Assembly: GCA_965644295.1 (NCBI GenBank)
Contig: CBFFRP010000201.1
Span: 6,840-70,839, forward strand
From: Paraphysomonas bandaiensis
Lineage: Eukaryota; Protista; Chrysophyceae
Direction of reading: 5' to 3'
DNA: 64,000 nucleotides
Shown here: positions 36,201 through 54,600 of the stretch, piece after piece
Layout of the letters: each line of letters opens with the position of its first letter
Numbering within the stretch: the stretch's first letter is position 1
Program-made: the position numbers and the translations under genes
Notes under the pieces: model-generated
Databases searched by the model: none
Told to the model about the DNA's origin: nothing
What the model saw: the letters and a program-made list of their open reading frames with translations, nothing else

Positions 36201-38064
36201 GCAATGCATGTCACTGGTTGCAATTTAGTGTGCTTTGAAAAGTTGGCTCTCCTCTTGACATATCCCTCAGATGATTTACTGCGGTTACATAAAATTGTTA
36301 GTGTATACTCGGCTGGGAAACACTCTCCAAACCTCCACAAGTAGACGTAAGAGTCTCCACCCACAGCAAGTGTGCATCCAACATCAGACAAAAAACTACA
36401 CGCAAGGCATTTACCCTGTCGCGATATATTAAAATACATAATACATGAAGTATAAAAAAAACCTTATCGATCTGACTGGTGTACAATAGCTGATTTTCTT
36501 TCCACTGATGTACAGCTACACTATGAAATACATCTAAACCCACAGATGCCAATAGTACACCATCCGAAGAAAAAGCTGTGTGTATGACACCTCGTCTGTG
36601 GAACCCTCTGCATAGAACATATCACAAAGTTGATTCTCCAAAGATATGTACCATTACCGTTCTGTAAATAATATAGATTTCGTAACTGAGCTCCACACAA
36701 TAAGCCTTGGGAGAGGGCCTGAATCACCAGTTGCAACCATCTCTCCCTCCTAAGGATACAGTCAAAATGACAATTCCATGACACATATTTCGAAGTACCG
36801 GGTGAATAGATAGCGAAATGATCTCATCCTGATGTCCAGCAAATATCGATTGCTTGTGTGCATCAAAACTGTAGACGACACCATATCGCCCAATATGGTA
36901 CACAATGCAATGGCCTTTCGCCGAAGTATACCGAAGATTGTTCTTACTCTTCTCTGCTTGGTACCCATACACCCATGATATTTCGGCCGAAGCCTCTGGT
37001 GCCTCCTTTCTCATCGTAGCATTAGCATAAGCACTTGGGGTCAATATTGACACTACATCGCGCCATGGAGAAGATTCCAGTTGCTTTTCAGCGCACTTGC
37101 TGTCTACCCTCCACTCATTTATGTGCGCTTGATTCTCATCATCAATCATAGGAGTCTGGTCAATTAGACGTAAACAGCTTCAAGTAAAATTAACTATAGT
37201 TTCATTTACCGGATTCTCATGCTGGTAGTCAACTTCTTGTATCAAAACCTCGTGAATCTGAAGATCAGTTTGTGCTGGTTCACCAAATGAATTGTACCAG
37301 CTACAGATATCGGGATGTGATATTAAATGATCAGCTAAAACACTTATGCGAAATAGAGTAGACTCCGATGCTTCAGTACCCGCTATGCTCCGAAAAAGCT
37401 AAGTATAACAAATTAGCTATAGCACAATTAACTTGCTGGCATCAACCTCAGAGACCAACAGTTCAATCAACTCCTCTCTGGGGAAACGTTTACCGTACAC
37501 TTTGCAGATTCCTGTCGACGTGGATTTTAATGCTAAAGTTACTTCGTCAATGGACAGTTGTTGAGTTCCATCAAAATCATAGCTGGTAAGAATAACTAAA
37601 ACACACACTGTTAATTTAGAATTCTTAGAGCTGATGCTTACATTCCACAATTTCGCGCAATCTCATTCCCGAAATAGCAGCTAGACAGCTTGTGAACTCC
37701 AACGCATCAATTAATCCATTCTAGCACCCAAACAGTTACAACGACACAACATATTACACAATAACATGTTTACACCTTATCTGTATCGAAAACAGTGAAT
37801 AATGCCCCGGCTTTTTCAACCATCGCCAATCTTGATACGTTCAACTCATCCTTCAAATCAGAGCAAATTTCTTCCATTTCTTCTTTTGATATTCCGAATC
37901 CATCGGCGATATCATTGAATATTCTCCATATTAACGTTATAGCTTTCCTTGAGACTGTTTAATTGATATAAACTATAGTTTATACGTGTGTTTATATGGA
38001 ACTTACGGTTTGAGAAAGGTTCAGCCTCTGGAACGAGTTTGGCTCTTCCCAACTTCTGTCCCAT
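30274..38064 (-). CDS. EML5/EML6-like microtubule-associated protein (three HELP/TAPE WD40 units) with N-terminal MG and EF-hands; many introns
   Basis: HELP motifs SWVYGYQ..KNNLRY, LEYVYGYRCQEMRNNIRY, PEHVHGIRSGDCRQGL; WD repeats; N-terminus MGQKLGRA..., FDTDKNGLIDALEF, YDFDGTQQLSIDEV. Confidence 0.9.
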
Positions 38065-38371
38065 TGGTTAGAAGATTGATGGGTATGTTCGAAAGATCCT
38101 TATCTAATGACAGTTGCAATGGTACAGAGAGTGTGGGTATATTCCCTCTACCAGAGATCTCTTGTGACTATGAGATAGAGAGATAGAGAGATGGGCCTCT
38201 ATGTGTGCTGGACGTATATACATATATACACGATACAAGGCACTGCTGTACGCTCTATGGCCTATATACATACATATACACATACATATACATATACTTC
38301 TATTTTTTTTTGGCAGTTTCGCATATTTGAATAAAAAGAAATGCGTGTATGCGTTAACACTGTACAGCAGT

Positions 38372-38465
38372 ACATACGTACCTACCTACATACATACATA
38401 CATACATACATACATACATACATACATACATACGTACCTACCTACCTACCTGCATACATACATAC
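38372..38465. repeat. (TACA)n microsatellite upstream of the EML gene
   Basis: tacatacatacatac... tract read directly. Confidence 0.9.
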
Positions 38466-39156
38466 TGCGATGTGATTGGTCAATCCCCGCTCTGTCTTGA
38501 CGTGCAGCTCCATATGAAGGATATGGATGGGTGTGTCGACTTAATCGGCAAGATCTTGCAGAATCTTTTATATAAGATCTTAACTAGACAGTGTTGAGTG
38601 CATCTACATTATCTCCAGCATGTGAATGATTGTTTAGGAGTTGAATAGTGTTCAGCTATACAGTCTCTTCTATTCTATATGCAGAGGAGTGTGTCTATAG
38701 AATGAGCAGAGTAGACATTGTCGAATGATTTCTTGACTTATTGACTCACGTGTCAGTACACTCTACAGATTTTATCGCGCTTTTGTCAGTAAAATTGCTA
38801 TCAAACACTTACATACAGCAGGTGCTGCACGAACTGGTGCTCATTAGAAATACTTGGAGGTAGGATCTAAGCAAATTTGTAGGCGTTGTGTACTACGAGA
38901 AGTATCATACGGAACCATTACGTCAGAAATATATGTTCTCCATAAGACTTACTGATTCCTATCTATAATAGTTAGGCTGACAGAACCAATGTCATATACT
39001 TAAACATAGCGCAGGAACTGTACCAAGATAGGTTTCAAAGCACCAAATATAAGTAGCTGACTCGTGTTTAGCTGAACAGTGTTACAGCTATATCATATCT
39101 TAAAGTATTACGGTTATTATAATTACCAATCATATATGTCACGATTATATATGGCC

Positions 39157-39338
39157 GACGTTTTACACAAGTGACACTTGTTGGTGTCCCTTGTACCACA
39201 CATGCATTCGGCTATGAGTGGGCAGAAGAATATCTGCTGACTATATTTGCGGCTCACGTTAGTTTCCCAGAGAGAATCTCTCCGGTACTTATCCCCCAGA
39301 ACACCACGAAAAGGTGCGAGTCCGACTTCGTTGAGGGG
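39157..39338 (-). repeat. Part Y of the dispersed repeat (second copy), containing the HDV-ribozyme-like core
   Basis: Shared blocks gtgtcccttgtaccacac, cggctcacgttagtttcccagagag and ccagaacaccacgaaaaggtgcgagtcc with 25307-25469. Confidence 0.85.
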
Positions 39339-39666
39339 TTATTAATGTGGATTTCTTGGTTCTTGGGTATCTCATATCGTGATATATACGAGAAATTTTA
39401 ATGAAGGTGATATTTACACAAATTTAGGAGTTATATCAGCACTCAGTCAACATTACTTGTGTGACGACTATGGTTCCGACATATACCCCTACTACTTCAT
39501 TGACGTTATAGTATTACATACTCTTGAGTTTTGCTGTTTGAAAGCAATTAAAGCTGTAGTTTTTAAGGTATTTTTTATAATTGTTAATGGATGAATACAG
39601 AAGTGGCTAACTGTTAACTGTATTGTGAAAACTAATGTCATGGTAGTAATTATAGTAGTTATATTA

Positions 39667-39967
39667 TTTGGGCCCTGACGAATAAACAGGCATCCGGGAG
39701 TGGGCCCACCTCAAGGGTAATCGGGGTATTGGGCTGCCTGCTGAAGTCAAGCATCCGGGATATTCACCTTACGAACTCAGAGCGGAAGTGGTCGCACCTT
39801 GGTGCTTGCGGCAACGCACAAGCAGCTTCCGTAGCGCTAAATAGTAGGATAAAAAAAGTGCGTACTGATTAGTTACAGGTAGAGGTCTAACTAGTTTGTC
39901 TAGCATTCATCTAGCTACTAAGTTGGTGCAGGTTTTTAACGCCTATTGCTAATAATAAGACTTTCAA
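39667..39967 (+). repeat. Part X of the dispersed repeat (second copy), inverted relative to part Y
   Basis: Reverse complement of 24931-25306: tttgggccctg, agtcaagcatccgggat, cgcacaagcagctt, ttaacgcctattgct, aataagactttcaa. Confidence 0.85.
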
Positions 39968-40185
39968 TATCACATTATGCGCTGTCAACAATCCTAACTA
40001 TTAAATTATATTCGTAGTAGCACAGTACTGACTGAATTACGTTAAGAGAGATAGTGAAATTATGATGTTGTAGCACTGTGATTGAGGAAACACACCAGTC
40101 ATAACACCAACATTCTGTTATACAAATCGTATCTCTAACAGCTACTATACTTTTAGTTTATTTGTATACTTCGAATAGCTACTCT

Positions 40186-40284
40186 CAGGGCCTGGTAACC
40201 GTTAATGGTAATGGCATTAATGGCCATTATAATTTCCGGGAATCGGACTACCATTAATGGACCATTAACGGATACCAGGCCCTG
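40186..40284. mobile_element. 99 bp MITE, hAT-type
   Basis: 24-bp TIRs CAGGGCCTGGTA(A/T)CCGTTAATGGT with 1 mismatch; flanks GCTACTCT / GCTAC(C)TCT form a near-perfect 8-bp TSD. Confidence 0.8.
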
Positions 40285-40583
40285 GCTACCTCTATAGTGT
40301 AGTCCTGTATATTCGGTATTTCATTGCTACATAGAATACTGGATAGCTACTAGCAATAGGCGTCAACAAGCTTCAAGTACGCAAGTAGGAGTTGGTTGTA
40401 ATACTAACTCTTCATGACGATTAATTATTATATCAGGTCTAAAAGAACATTTTCTGTCCAGTACCCTATCCTACATGCAACTTTTACACACTCAAATTGG
40501 AGTTTTACAGCGTCTAAAATTGCGCTATTCAAAATTAACTTCGCACGCAATAGTAAACACTGTACATATCATGAGGCGTCATG

Positions 40584-43500
40584 TTATTCCTCCTCCTCCT
40601 CATCATCATCATCCATTATTCTTCTCTGCTTGAAAGGAGGTGCGGTAGTTGCCGCCCGCTCGCCATTGCTATCTCCAACTTCGAACTCTAGTTCTTCGTC
40701 TCCATCATCAGATGATCTTTCAGATCGTTTGATCCCTCCAGATACCATGAGCTTGGGTTTTGATTGCATGTCAGCGATATCCATTTCCCCCTCACTATCC
40801 GAATCAAACAATTCCTTCTCTTCATCAGGATTCGTGGTTTCCTTGGCTCTTTTATTATCTGACGAGGAATAATCATCATCATCATCAGAGCTTCCTAAAA
40901 TGTCATTTATGCTGTCTTGACCAGCAACAGTCGCATTGGACTTTTTATCCCCACTGTCACTTTCCAAATAACCAAGATCATCGTCGACGAAATCATCCGT
41001 GGGCAAATCGTCATCACCCTTGTTTTGTTTTCCTTTCTTTTTCTTTTTAGTTTTCTTTTCACCCGCAGCTCCAGATGTTTTGCTTTCGGTGGCAGTCCAT
41101 GACTCCTTCAGACGCTCAAATTCCTTATGCTTCTGTCTCGCCTTCTCCTGTTGCTCTTCACGAGCTCGTTGTTGGCGTTCCAATTCTTCAGCTCGCTCTT
41201 TCTGTCTTTGTGCCTGCCGTAAGTTGTGCTCTTCCTGCTGCTTAGCTCTCAACTCAAGAGCTTTGTTTTCTTCACTCTGAGCTCGACTCATGTATACTCT
41301 AGCCTTATCAATATTTTCCTGTCGTATATTGTTACATATATCGGAATCTTCGTAAGTGGTGTCTTACCAGGCAAAATTTTTCATGGTCCTCAGCCTTAGA
41401 AGGCTTATACTTACTTTCCTTAGAGGACGCAGACAGTAGAGCAGGCTGCTTCAGTGCTCGGAATAGTCCAATGGCTTGTTCCAATTCATCAATTGCATGT
41501 GAAATATCGGCAACTGATTTGTGCTGGCGACATAGTTTAACTGCGTACTCTTCTTTTGCACAAGCAATGTTAAACCAGTTATGAGTTTGAGATGGGTCAC
41601 GGTAAAGTGCTTTCAACAAAACACGAACAGTATCATCATACTGCTCGTTTTTGAAATGCGATAGCGCCAAACACTCACTGACTGCGACAAAATTATGGCA
41701 CTGGGATTGTACTGCAGGTGACACCAGAATGGACTTCAGAACTGAGTGGTATATGTATGTTGCATCGACCAACTTGCCCTGTATCATGTGCATGTGGCCG
41801 AGGTTGAGACTAATTTCATGCGTCATAGGCATATGAGCTTCTCGGGCCTATGGTACAGGGTTAATTTCAGGGCCCTATCTTAAGCAAATATTATGCCATT
41901 ACCCTTGAAAATATTTCGCGAGCAATGTCGTTTTGCTCTTGCGCAGCGCATACCATACCGAGACCATTAGCCGCAAATACATTTCGAGGGTCTTCTCTGA
42001 GAACGAGGTGATAAAATTTAAAACTGTCTTTGAGGAAGCTCTTCTTCGTTGAAATGTTAGAAAAGTATAAATTTCCTGCAGTAATCTTCAGAAATTCATG
42101 TTGAAAAACACATACACGGCATACCTAACGAGAGCAACGACCTAGCGTCATGATGGCGTTGACGACATATCGTTTCATACTTCTTCTTTGCAGGCTCCCA
42201 TTTCTCCATCAGACCTAGTAAATCTCCTATAAACAATTAACATCAGCGCATGCATATAAAGTGCACGCCACATCCTACCATGCACGACATTGGCATCAGC
42301 ACTTTCAGGATCACACTGCAGTGCTTTGGATATCCAGTACAACGCTTCATCCAGCCTCCCGATTTCTTTCGCCATTAAACTCAAGCGAATATAGCCTTCA
42401 AACATTATTAGAATAATAGTAATATGACGTGACGAACGATACATTCTAGAAATGCTGGATGCATCTTCGATAGTTCAACGTATATTTCTCTGGCAGCATG
42501 ATAATACCCGAAATCTTCCTGAATGCGAGCCAGGTTAAAGCAGTTGGATATTGTGTCCATATTGAAATTGTTCCCCGGGATTTTCTTCCGTAAAGTGCAT
42601 GTGCGTCCTGCGGGAAAGGGAAACGAGCAGCGACACTTTATGAAATCTGCGTGGACTTCAGTTACTGTCAGCAACACTTCTCCAGCTAGAATATCATCGT
42701 CGACATGAAATGTTTCAGATAAATCTGAATTATCATTGGTGGAGTGGTGAACCCTCATAACGCATCCTAAAGGAGATGATTCATCACATCTTTCACTTGT
42801 TGCTTCACATAACTCTTGAGACCATGAGTAAAATATATCGTTTTCTGGTCGTCGAAATAAAGGGTTCAGTGGCTTGCTAGAATCCGTGTCAGATACTGCA
42901 TTTTGCTGCAGCGAGCGCCGCATGTAATCATTCGCTACAGACAACTTCCCGAGACTATGGTAGAGCACCCCCATATTTAACAACACATGACTGTGTGGAA
43001 CGAGACCCTGCTTGTTCATACAATCAAGAGCCATTTCGTAACACTTCAAAGCAGTTGGATATTCCCCAGGGCCTTTTAGCTGCATCGTATGGCCCTGGGA
43101 GAGCCACAGATCCGCTTCAAATGCGAATCCCGGTGCTACTTCACGCAACTTGTCGAAAGATGTTGACTCCTTCAGGTGAATAGATTTCAACAAAATAGTA
43201 TACGCCTGAGTGTCTCGATCATCGGGATAAGCTCTCAACACCTGCCAATAAACTGTGTAACTTAACATCCATACACAAAACAGAACCAATACCTCTCCAA
43301 ACTTCTCCAAAGCATTAGAAAAGTCTTCTCGTGCAATGTAAAGTTGCCCCATCCCAAAGGCAGCTAGAGACATGTCAGGTTGTATTTTAAGGGCTTCTTC
43401 GTACAGCCTGAACGCCAGGTTAAATTCTCTCAGCATATGATACAGTCGGCCCAATATGTACAAACTCTCAGCTCGAATGCCGGGTACATTGGTCGAGCGC

Positions 43501-44960
43501 AAAGCTTTAGTGGCATGATTCTTAACTTCATTTATCTTAGAAAATCCTTTGCTCTCAACTAGGCAAGACTGACCAATCCATTCGTGGGGCATTTCAGTTT
43601 CTAGAGTAATGTCAGCATATGAGGCACCCTCCAGTTGGTCATCATCACTCTTCACGATGCTCTCCACAGTAGTGATGAACGCCTTCCTGATTTGCAGCAC
43701 ATCTCGCACACGAAGGGAGTCGACGTAAGAGTTCGTAGTAACTCGAATTTGATTTGTTGATATCACTTCAGCTTGTTTGCTCAGGGGTCGCCACGTGTAA
43801 AAACAGTGATTGGCCATGTGATTCAGTGCCATAGAACAGGTGGGGTCAATCTCAGCCGCAAGAAGACACAAGTCGTACGCTATCTCTCTACACTCAGCCT
43901 TGCGCTTTTTATCTGCTTTCTGGGATTCCATGCGCTCAAGTAGAGCCAGCATAACAAGTGCATCAACATTAGCAGGCTGTGGAGTAATATAAATTATATG
44001 TAACACAATCTGCGATACACAATCCACATTATACGTACATTCGCCGCCAGTGCTCGGTCTAAGGCCGCTCGTGTTTCATCAAATTGCTCCAGACGAAACG
44101 TACATGTCGCAATTGCCACCCAGACATTCGAGCCACATTTAGAGTTGTGGTGTAGAGCCTTCGTGAAGTAATTTAGTGCAGAAGAATACTTCTTATTCGT
44201 AAACGCGACACACCCCTGAAAAAATATAAGCGCAAATATTCGCCTCTAAGCACAGGACATACCAAGCCAAGCAGAGATCCATATAGGTATACCCTCTTAT
44301 CTTTATTCCCCGGTTTGTTTGCCGCTTCATGGGCACTCTTTAGCCAGTACTCGGCATTCTTCAATGTTCCTGGATGCACTCCATCACAACCATAAAAATT
44401 TCATGATAATCTAACCGTATGCCAGCTCGTAGAATGCTTTGATTAACCAGGTATATTCGTTTAAGGGGTTCACAATTTCGGCTTTCTTTATATATTGCTC
44501 AATCTCTTTCCCCCGATCAATTTCAGAAGAAGGATCATCTACGTTCTGAGTGCAATATAGCGAATAGGCCGCTAATGCATCCAATATTTCAACGATACCA
44601 TCCTTATACTCTCCTTTCTTAACATAATACTCTTCCGCCTCTGTAAGATTACACAGTCATATACATGATCTGTGAGTTGATAAGCATACTGCACCTGGAT
44701 CACTGGCTATCTCAGTGAGCACCTTCTCAAAATTCGATCTCTGTCCCTGTCTATAGTACTCCACCTGCACAGTATCACACTGTATTCACAGTAATACATA
44801 AGCATCTTACAGCAACAGATCTCCATATTTTAAGTGGTGCAAATTCAGCTCGTAGTACATCGAGTATATCATCGATATCATGAGGCAGTTCATCGGGGAA
44901 GATCTCCACACATTCAGAGCTATTGGCTATAGGGATACGCAGGGATTTAGATGAGGTCAT
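40584..44960 (-). CDS. CTR9: PAF1 complex subunit CTR9 (TPR array plus acidic/basic tail), multi-exon
   Basis: SLRIPI..SSECVEIFPDELP.DIDDILDVLRAEFAPL.IW, ALNHMANH, FNLARIQE, PRNVFAANGLGMV, WFNIA, KKKKK/DDDD tail. Confidence 0.92.
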
Positions 44961-45499
44961 ATGCGTAATAATGAGGGGAGAATGAAGGGAGGGATGTTTT
45001 CCAGTGCAGTGTTTAGCACTGTGCTGTGGTCAGATATATGATGAGGCTGTATGTCTATGTATGTATGTAGAGTCGTGTGTGAGTGTGATGCATTGATGCA
45101 TATGCTGTACGAGAGGTACAGCAGTGTAGTACTCCTGTACGTGTATTACGACTATACAACTATACCATAGACGTACTCGTATACCTATAAGCTATACGTA
45201 CTACTACACATACATATGAAGTACCCGTGCAGAACAAGCACTGTATACGCTCTGTATATACCGCCGTATACAGTTTGAATTTTGGAATATACAGACAGTC
45301 CCAGCTGCATACTGTGTATGGTATGCTATGTACAGCAGTATGTACTGTGTGTGTATGTGTGTATGTATGATATGAAGTAGGAGTGAAGTGTGTGTATGTT
45401 CTCATATTGATTCTCATTCGAGTCATAGACCTCCATATGCTCTCATTATACATACCCATCCATTGGTACTAACACCCACACCTCCCCCCACTATCCTCC

Positions 45500-50150
<4,651 letters not shown>

Positions 50151-51613
50151 AAATACTGTGGATTTTGCGGTGTGCATATATTGTTTAGTTTTCGCCAGTA
50201 TTAGCACTTTTTTCTGTATTGAATTGACTATAGATGTGGGCATGTATATACTGTGAATGACTTTTTTAGTGTGTAGAATGATATAAAACGCGTTATCATT
50301 AAGTTACGTCATCATTTTGAAGTCCGGGGGCTTTAGAAACTTGTCAAAATATATTGCACAGTACCCGCGTAAATTTGAAGTGTTTTCGGCACTTAACTCT
50401 TCCCAATATAGCTCCGCGAAGACGATGTCACTTTTAGCAGTGTATTGGCACTGCAGTATACTCGCAACTAACAGCATACGATATAACGAAGTATTATACA
50501 ATAGTCATGTAAGACGATGTACATATGGGATCATTATCGGATTGACTGAATAAATTCTTCCCCATAGCCAATCAACTGTTTGAGCTGGCGATACATCAAG
50601 TATAGGTTCCTATCTTATTTTCCGGAATGTTATATACATGGACTTATATTTTGCACCCTACAGATAAAAAGCTGTCGGTTTATGACTATCAAAATATTGA
50701 TTGCACTAAATGAATCACATTTGCTGTGTAACACAAAATTAAAGCTGCCTAAAATACGCAATATCAGCTACATTGTTCAATTATTAACTTAAAATATATA
50801 ATATTAAAAAGTTTATAACCACCGAAAAAGAAGTTATACGTACATAAATAAAACACACGTTCATAAAGATCAATAGTTTATATTGCAGTATACCTGACCA
50901 CGTACAGACAAGAGTTTTGATGTTGTTGTTGTGAGTTAATGGCACTTGCGGCCCCAGTGAACCTCACGCTATTATCATATAGGGATATGTCATATATATC
51001 TATATGATAGTGTTGCATGTACACACGGGCTCACATATCGCCGCCCATGTGCACTAGTGTGAAGACTAGCAGAACATGAGTTGCATTATATGCGTAGCTA
51101 TGAGAAGGCCAACACGGGTGGGCAGCAAAGATGGTGATGTGATGGCTGTGTTGTTATGATTCAACTCTGTGATCATTCTGTCTGAATGGGGCGATATCTT
51201 CATATCAACTGCTGTGTGGCCATATGCTGGACATGCACATCCATATCTCCATATGCACCTACAGGTACCAGTGCATACAACAGTACTGTGAGGAGACAGG
51301 AGTATACACAGCACAAGATATAGAAAATCTTTGTTTTCATGAAAAGCTGCAGTTTTGATGTGTGAATATGTGAATATACTCTATTTTCAACGGGTATTCC
51401 ACGATGATACGGTTCCTGTACTCTACCCACATGTACTGCTCTATAAAATGTACTGCTGTATGTAGAGGGTACAGACATAGTGCTGTACATGTATACCGTA
51501 TACGCGTACAGCATATATGTACTGTACAGCAGTACACACAGCGGTACACATGAGCCGCTTAACACTCACATCCTCATCACATACAACACACCCTCCACAC
51601 CTCCCCATCCTCC

Positions 51614-54600
51614 ATGTCACCTCTCCATCTCCTTATCCTTCTATCCTCCATCCTCTCAGACAGTGTCGGATGGTCCTCCTATCCCCCATTAATGGATATA
51701 AGCCCCTCCAATCCCTCTGACTCATATGACAATCATACACATCATAACAACACATACATATGCCTCTATACATGCGAGAAGGCAAGATTAAATTATATAT
51801 ATGGATTCAAACTTCAAGCATTGCAGATCATTCAACTTCAACTTGATGTTGTGACGGATATGTGTCGTGATTACTGCTTATCACAACTCGCACACATACT
51901 CTGCAAAGAGAATATCACTCTGAGACAATCATCTGATGAGATTACTTATAACACGACTGAGTATGATGTGACTGTCTCACTAGATCAAAGTGATATTGTT
52001 TCATTAACCGAAGTGTGTCCTAGGTGTGTTGATTCTCTCATCCATAACAGTGAGGCAGATAGAGTGGATGTACAGTTAGTACCTCCTTCTGGCAGTAGTT
52101 TATGCACTCAGTGTACTTACAAGATGTATGAGGATGCATCTGATTGCACCACTGCTATAGTGCCTTCTCTGACGAGTCCTATGGATTGTTTGGTGGAGGG
52201 GTACCCCCTGTCTCTTGTGGAAGAAGGATTCCGGCGAAGCTTGCAGTGTCGCGAGACTGATTACCGCCATTTCAAAGTAGCAGTTCCTGTAGTTGACCCT
52301 CGTGCAATGTCACACGAGGACGGATTCTGGCCTCCCCGATTGAGAATTGGTTTTTTTTCAGGATTACGATGTGACAGTAGTGAGTTTGATAGGATACGTA
52401 TTACGGCTTCTATGATTGACAGCAAGTTTTTTTCCGTATACTTATTGTGCAGAGGGAGAAACAGGCATGATGGATCCACACCTGAACTGGGACTACAGTC
52501 TCACAGTGATAAATCTGAATCACGACTTTGTGATTCTGTTGTAAATATTTTGAAAGACAATGCAGATGCCGTGGTAAATCTGAAACTAGATGTACTTGTG
52601 GTGATCGTAGCTGGTATGAAAGAAACGGGTATTGAATCTTACGGAGACTGCCCGAAGATGAGAAGTATTGCTCCTTCCTTTGCACGGAGGAGTGCTATTT
52701 ACATTCCACACCCCATTGATCCCACAGTGCTGTATCAACAACCTGTCGTTGGTATTTTCGACTACGTATTTTCTCCGGAGAAGGTCGTTGTTAAAATTGA
52801 TGTAAACAGTGAATGCAACAACAATACTGCTTTTCAGTATGACTATAGTTTGGATATGCACGTGTTTTCTGTACGTGATTTGGAGAGCCGGGCACAGGTA
52901 GCTGCACCGCTCAGGAAAACACAACCTACTATTCTTTCATCCAGGTATCTGCACTCTTTACTGCCTCCCGTGAAGCCGTATAGTATGCGTGATATTTTGT
53001 CGATTTCGTTCAGAACAGAGGATGGGCATTCTATCTCTGATCTTGATCAGTGTGGTACTTCCTGGTCAGGTCATCCCCCTCTTTCCGTATTACTACGCTG
53101 TATCGGAAAGGAAAAGTCCTTGCGCAAGGACAACTACTGGTCTGATATTGCTACACCTTGCATTCGAGTGAGCAAACCGTCTTTCCTCGTTCGTGCAGCT
53201 TCATCCTTCGTCCTGAGGTCTGTCGTAAAAGCTTTGCGCAAACGAGATGCAGCATGTTTGATTGTGGTGTATGCGGACTTTCACCTTACAGGCATCGACA
53301 GGAAATTACTGAATGTGTGCTCCAACGAATCTGATTTATTTGATGATTGCACGTATATTCTAAATAGTGAAAACTTAAGCTATCGCATGCGAGCAACAGT
53401 TTTCTCCTCGGCTGATGTCATTATTCACATACCTGACACTCGGGTTCAAATTACGGATACAACAGTTTACGATATTCATGAAATGCTTTCTTCTGGTACT
53501 GCAGTATTGTCCCTTCAGATGGAAAGTGAAACGCGAACGGTTCATACTCATGGGCTATATGAAATGTTAGGCCTCCAATCGTCAAAGTTCATTGCAGCAA
53601 ATGTAAATGATGTGGTGTGTATGGCATACAACGTGGCGGTAAATGCTTCAGAGAAGGAACTCCATAGACGAGCTGTTGCAGATATACTATCGAATAAAGA
53701 TAGTCTTCGTGTAAATCTTGCTTGGAAAAAACTGCTATTATTTGCTGCCTTGACTCCCTTGCACCGCCAATTCACCATTGGCGGTCATTATTCCGTCGTC
53801 GATATTGAAAAGGTGGGCCTCTTAAGCCCCAGGGAATTCTTTCCCAGTCACCCAGTGGACGTTTACAGTCGCCAGAGTTATGGGTGGGTTCCTGTTCTCA
53901 TATTTTTACTGATATATATGTTCACTAGTTTTATGTAGGTGGGAGCGGATTCATTACTCTTATGATATTCCGTTAGATGATTATAACTTTTTGGTATTGC
54001 GTATTCCTGCTGCGTACCTACACCAGGTCGCATGTGATGAAAATATTCAAGGAGGCTGGGTGGTGTCTGCAGAAAAACGTTTTTCAAACTCAACATTCAC
54101 AGGTTTTTCGAGATCACTGGCATTCAATGAAATTGCCGGGTTCAACCAACAGCCCATCGAGTCGCATACTGATCTGCAGTATACGAAAAGTTTCACTTCA
54201 TACTCTGCGCATTCCACTATGGTGCTCCAGATTTGGAAGGAGGATGATTGGAAGCGGTGTGTGATAGCAATGACGGAATACATGGAGCGCATTGATAGAT
54301 TTTATATCGGAACACTAGGTATGATATGTATTATTTCAATAATATTAGTAACATGTATCAAAGTTGGGCGATGGATGGCTCGTGACAAATTTCCCGTTAC
54401 GTCACAACACCAGTATACTTTCGTAACACAACCTTCGGATAATGTACATTGGCGACCTGGAATTGGTTCGCTGGATTATGTTGTCTCTTTGCGCGACGGA
54501 CCACTGATACCCGAAGTAGTAGCTGTTGATCATCTCAACTCGCGAATGCTTCTTTATGTAAACGAAAGCTGGGATACTGGTGGTTTTGAAATATCTTACT

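Noticed and set aside
39790-39860. SRP (7SL) RNA similarity (GNRA hairpin followed by AGCAG)
   Set aside because: The helix-8 symmetric loop is not formed and the GNRA loop is not kept in the other copy
39940-39967. IS200/IS605- or Fanzor-type right end suggested by the terminal TTCAA
   Set aside because: Only a 5-nt match; there is no TnpB/Fanzor or Y1 transposase ORF in the window
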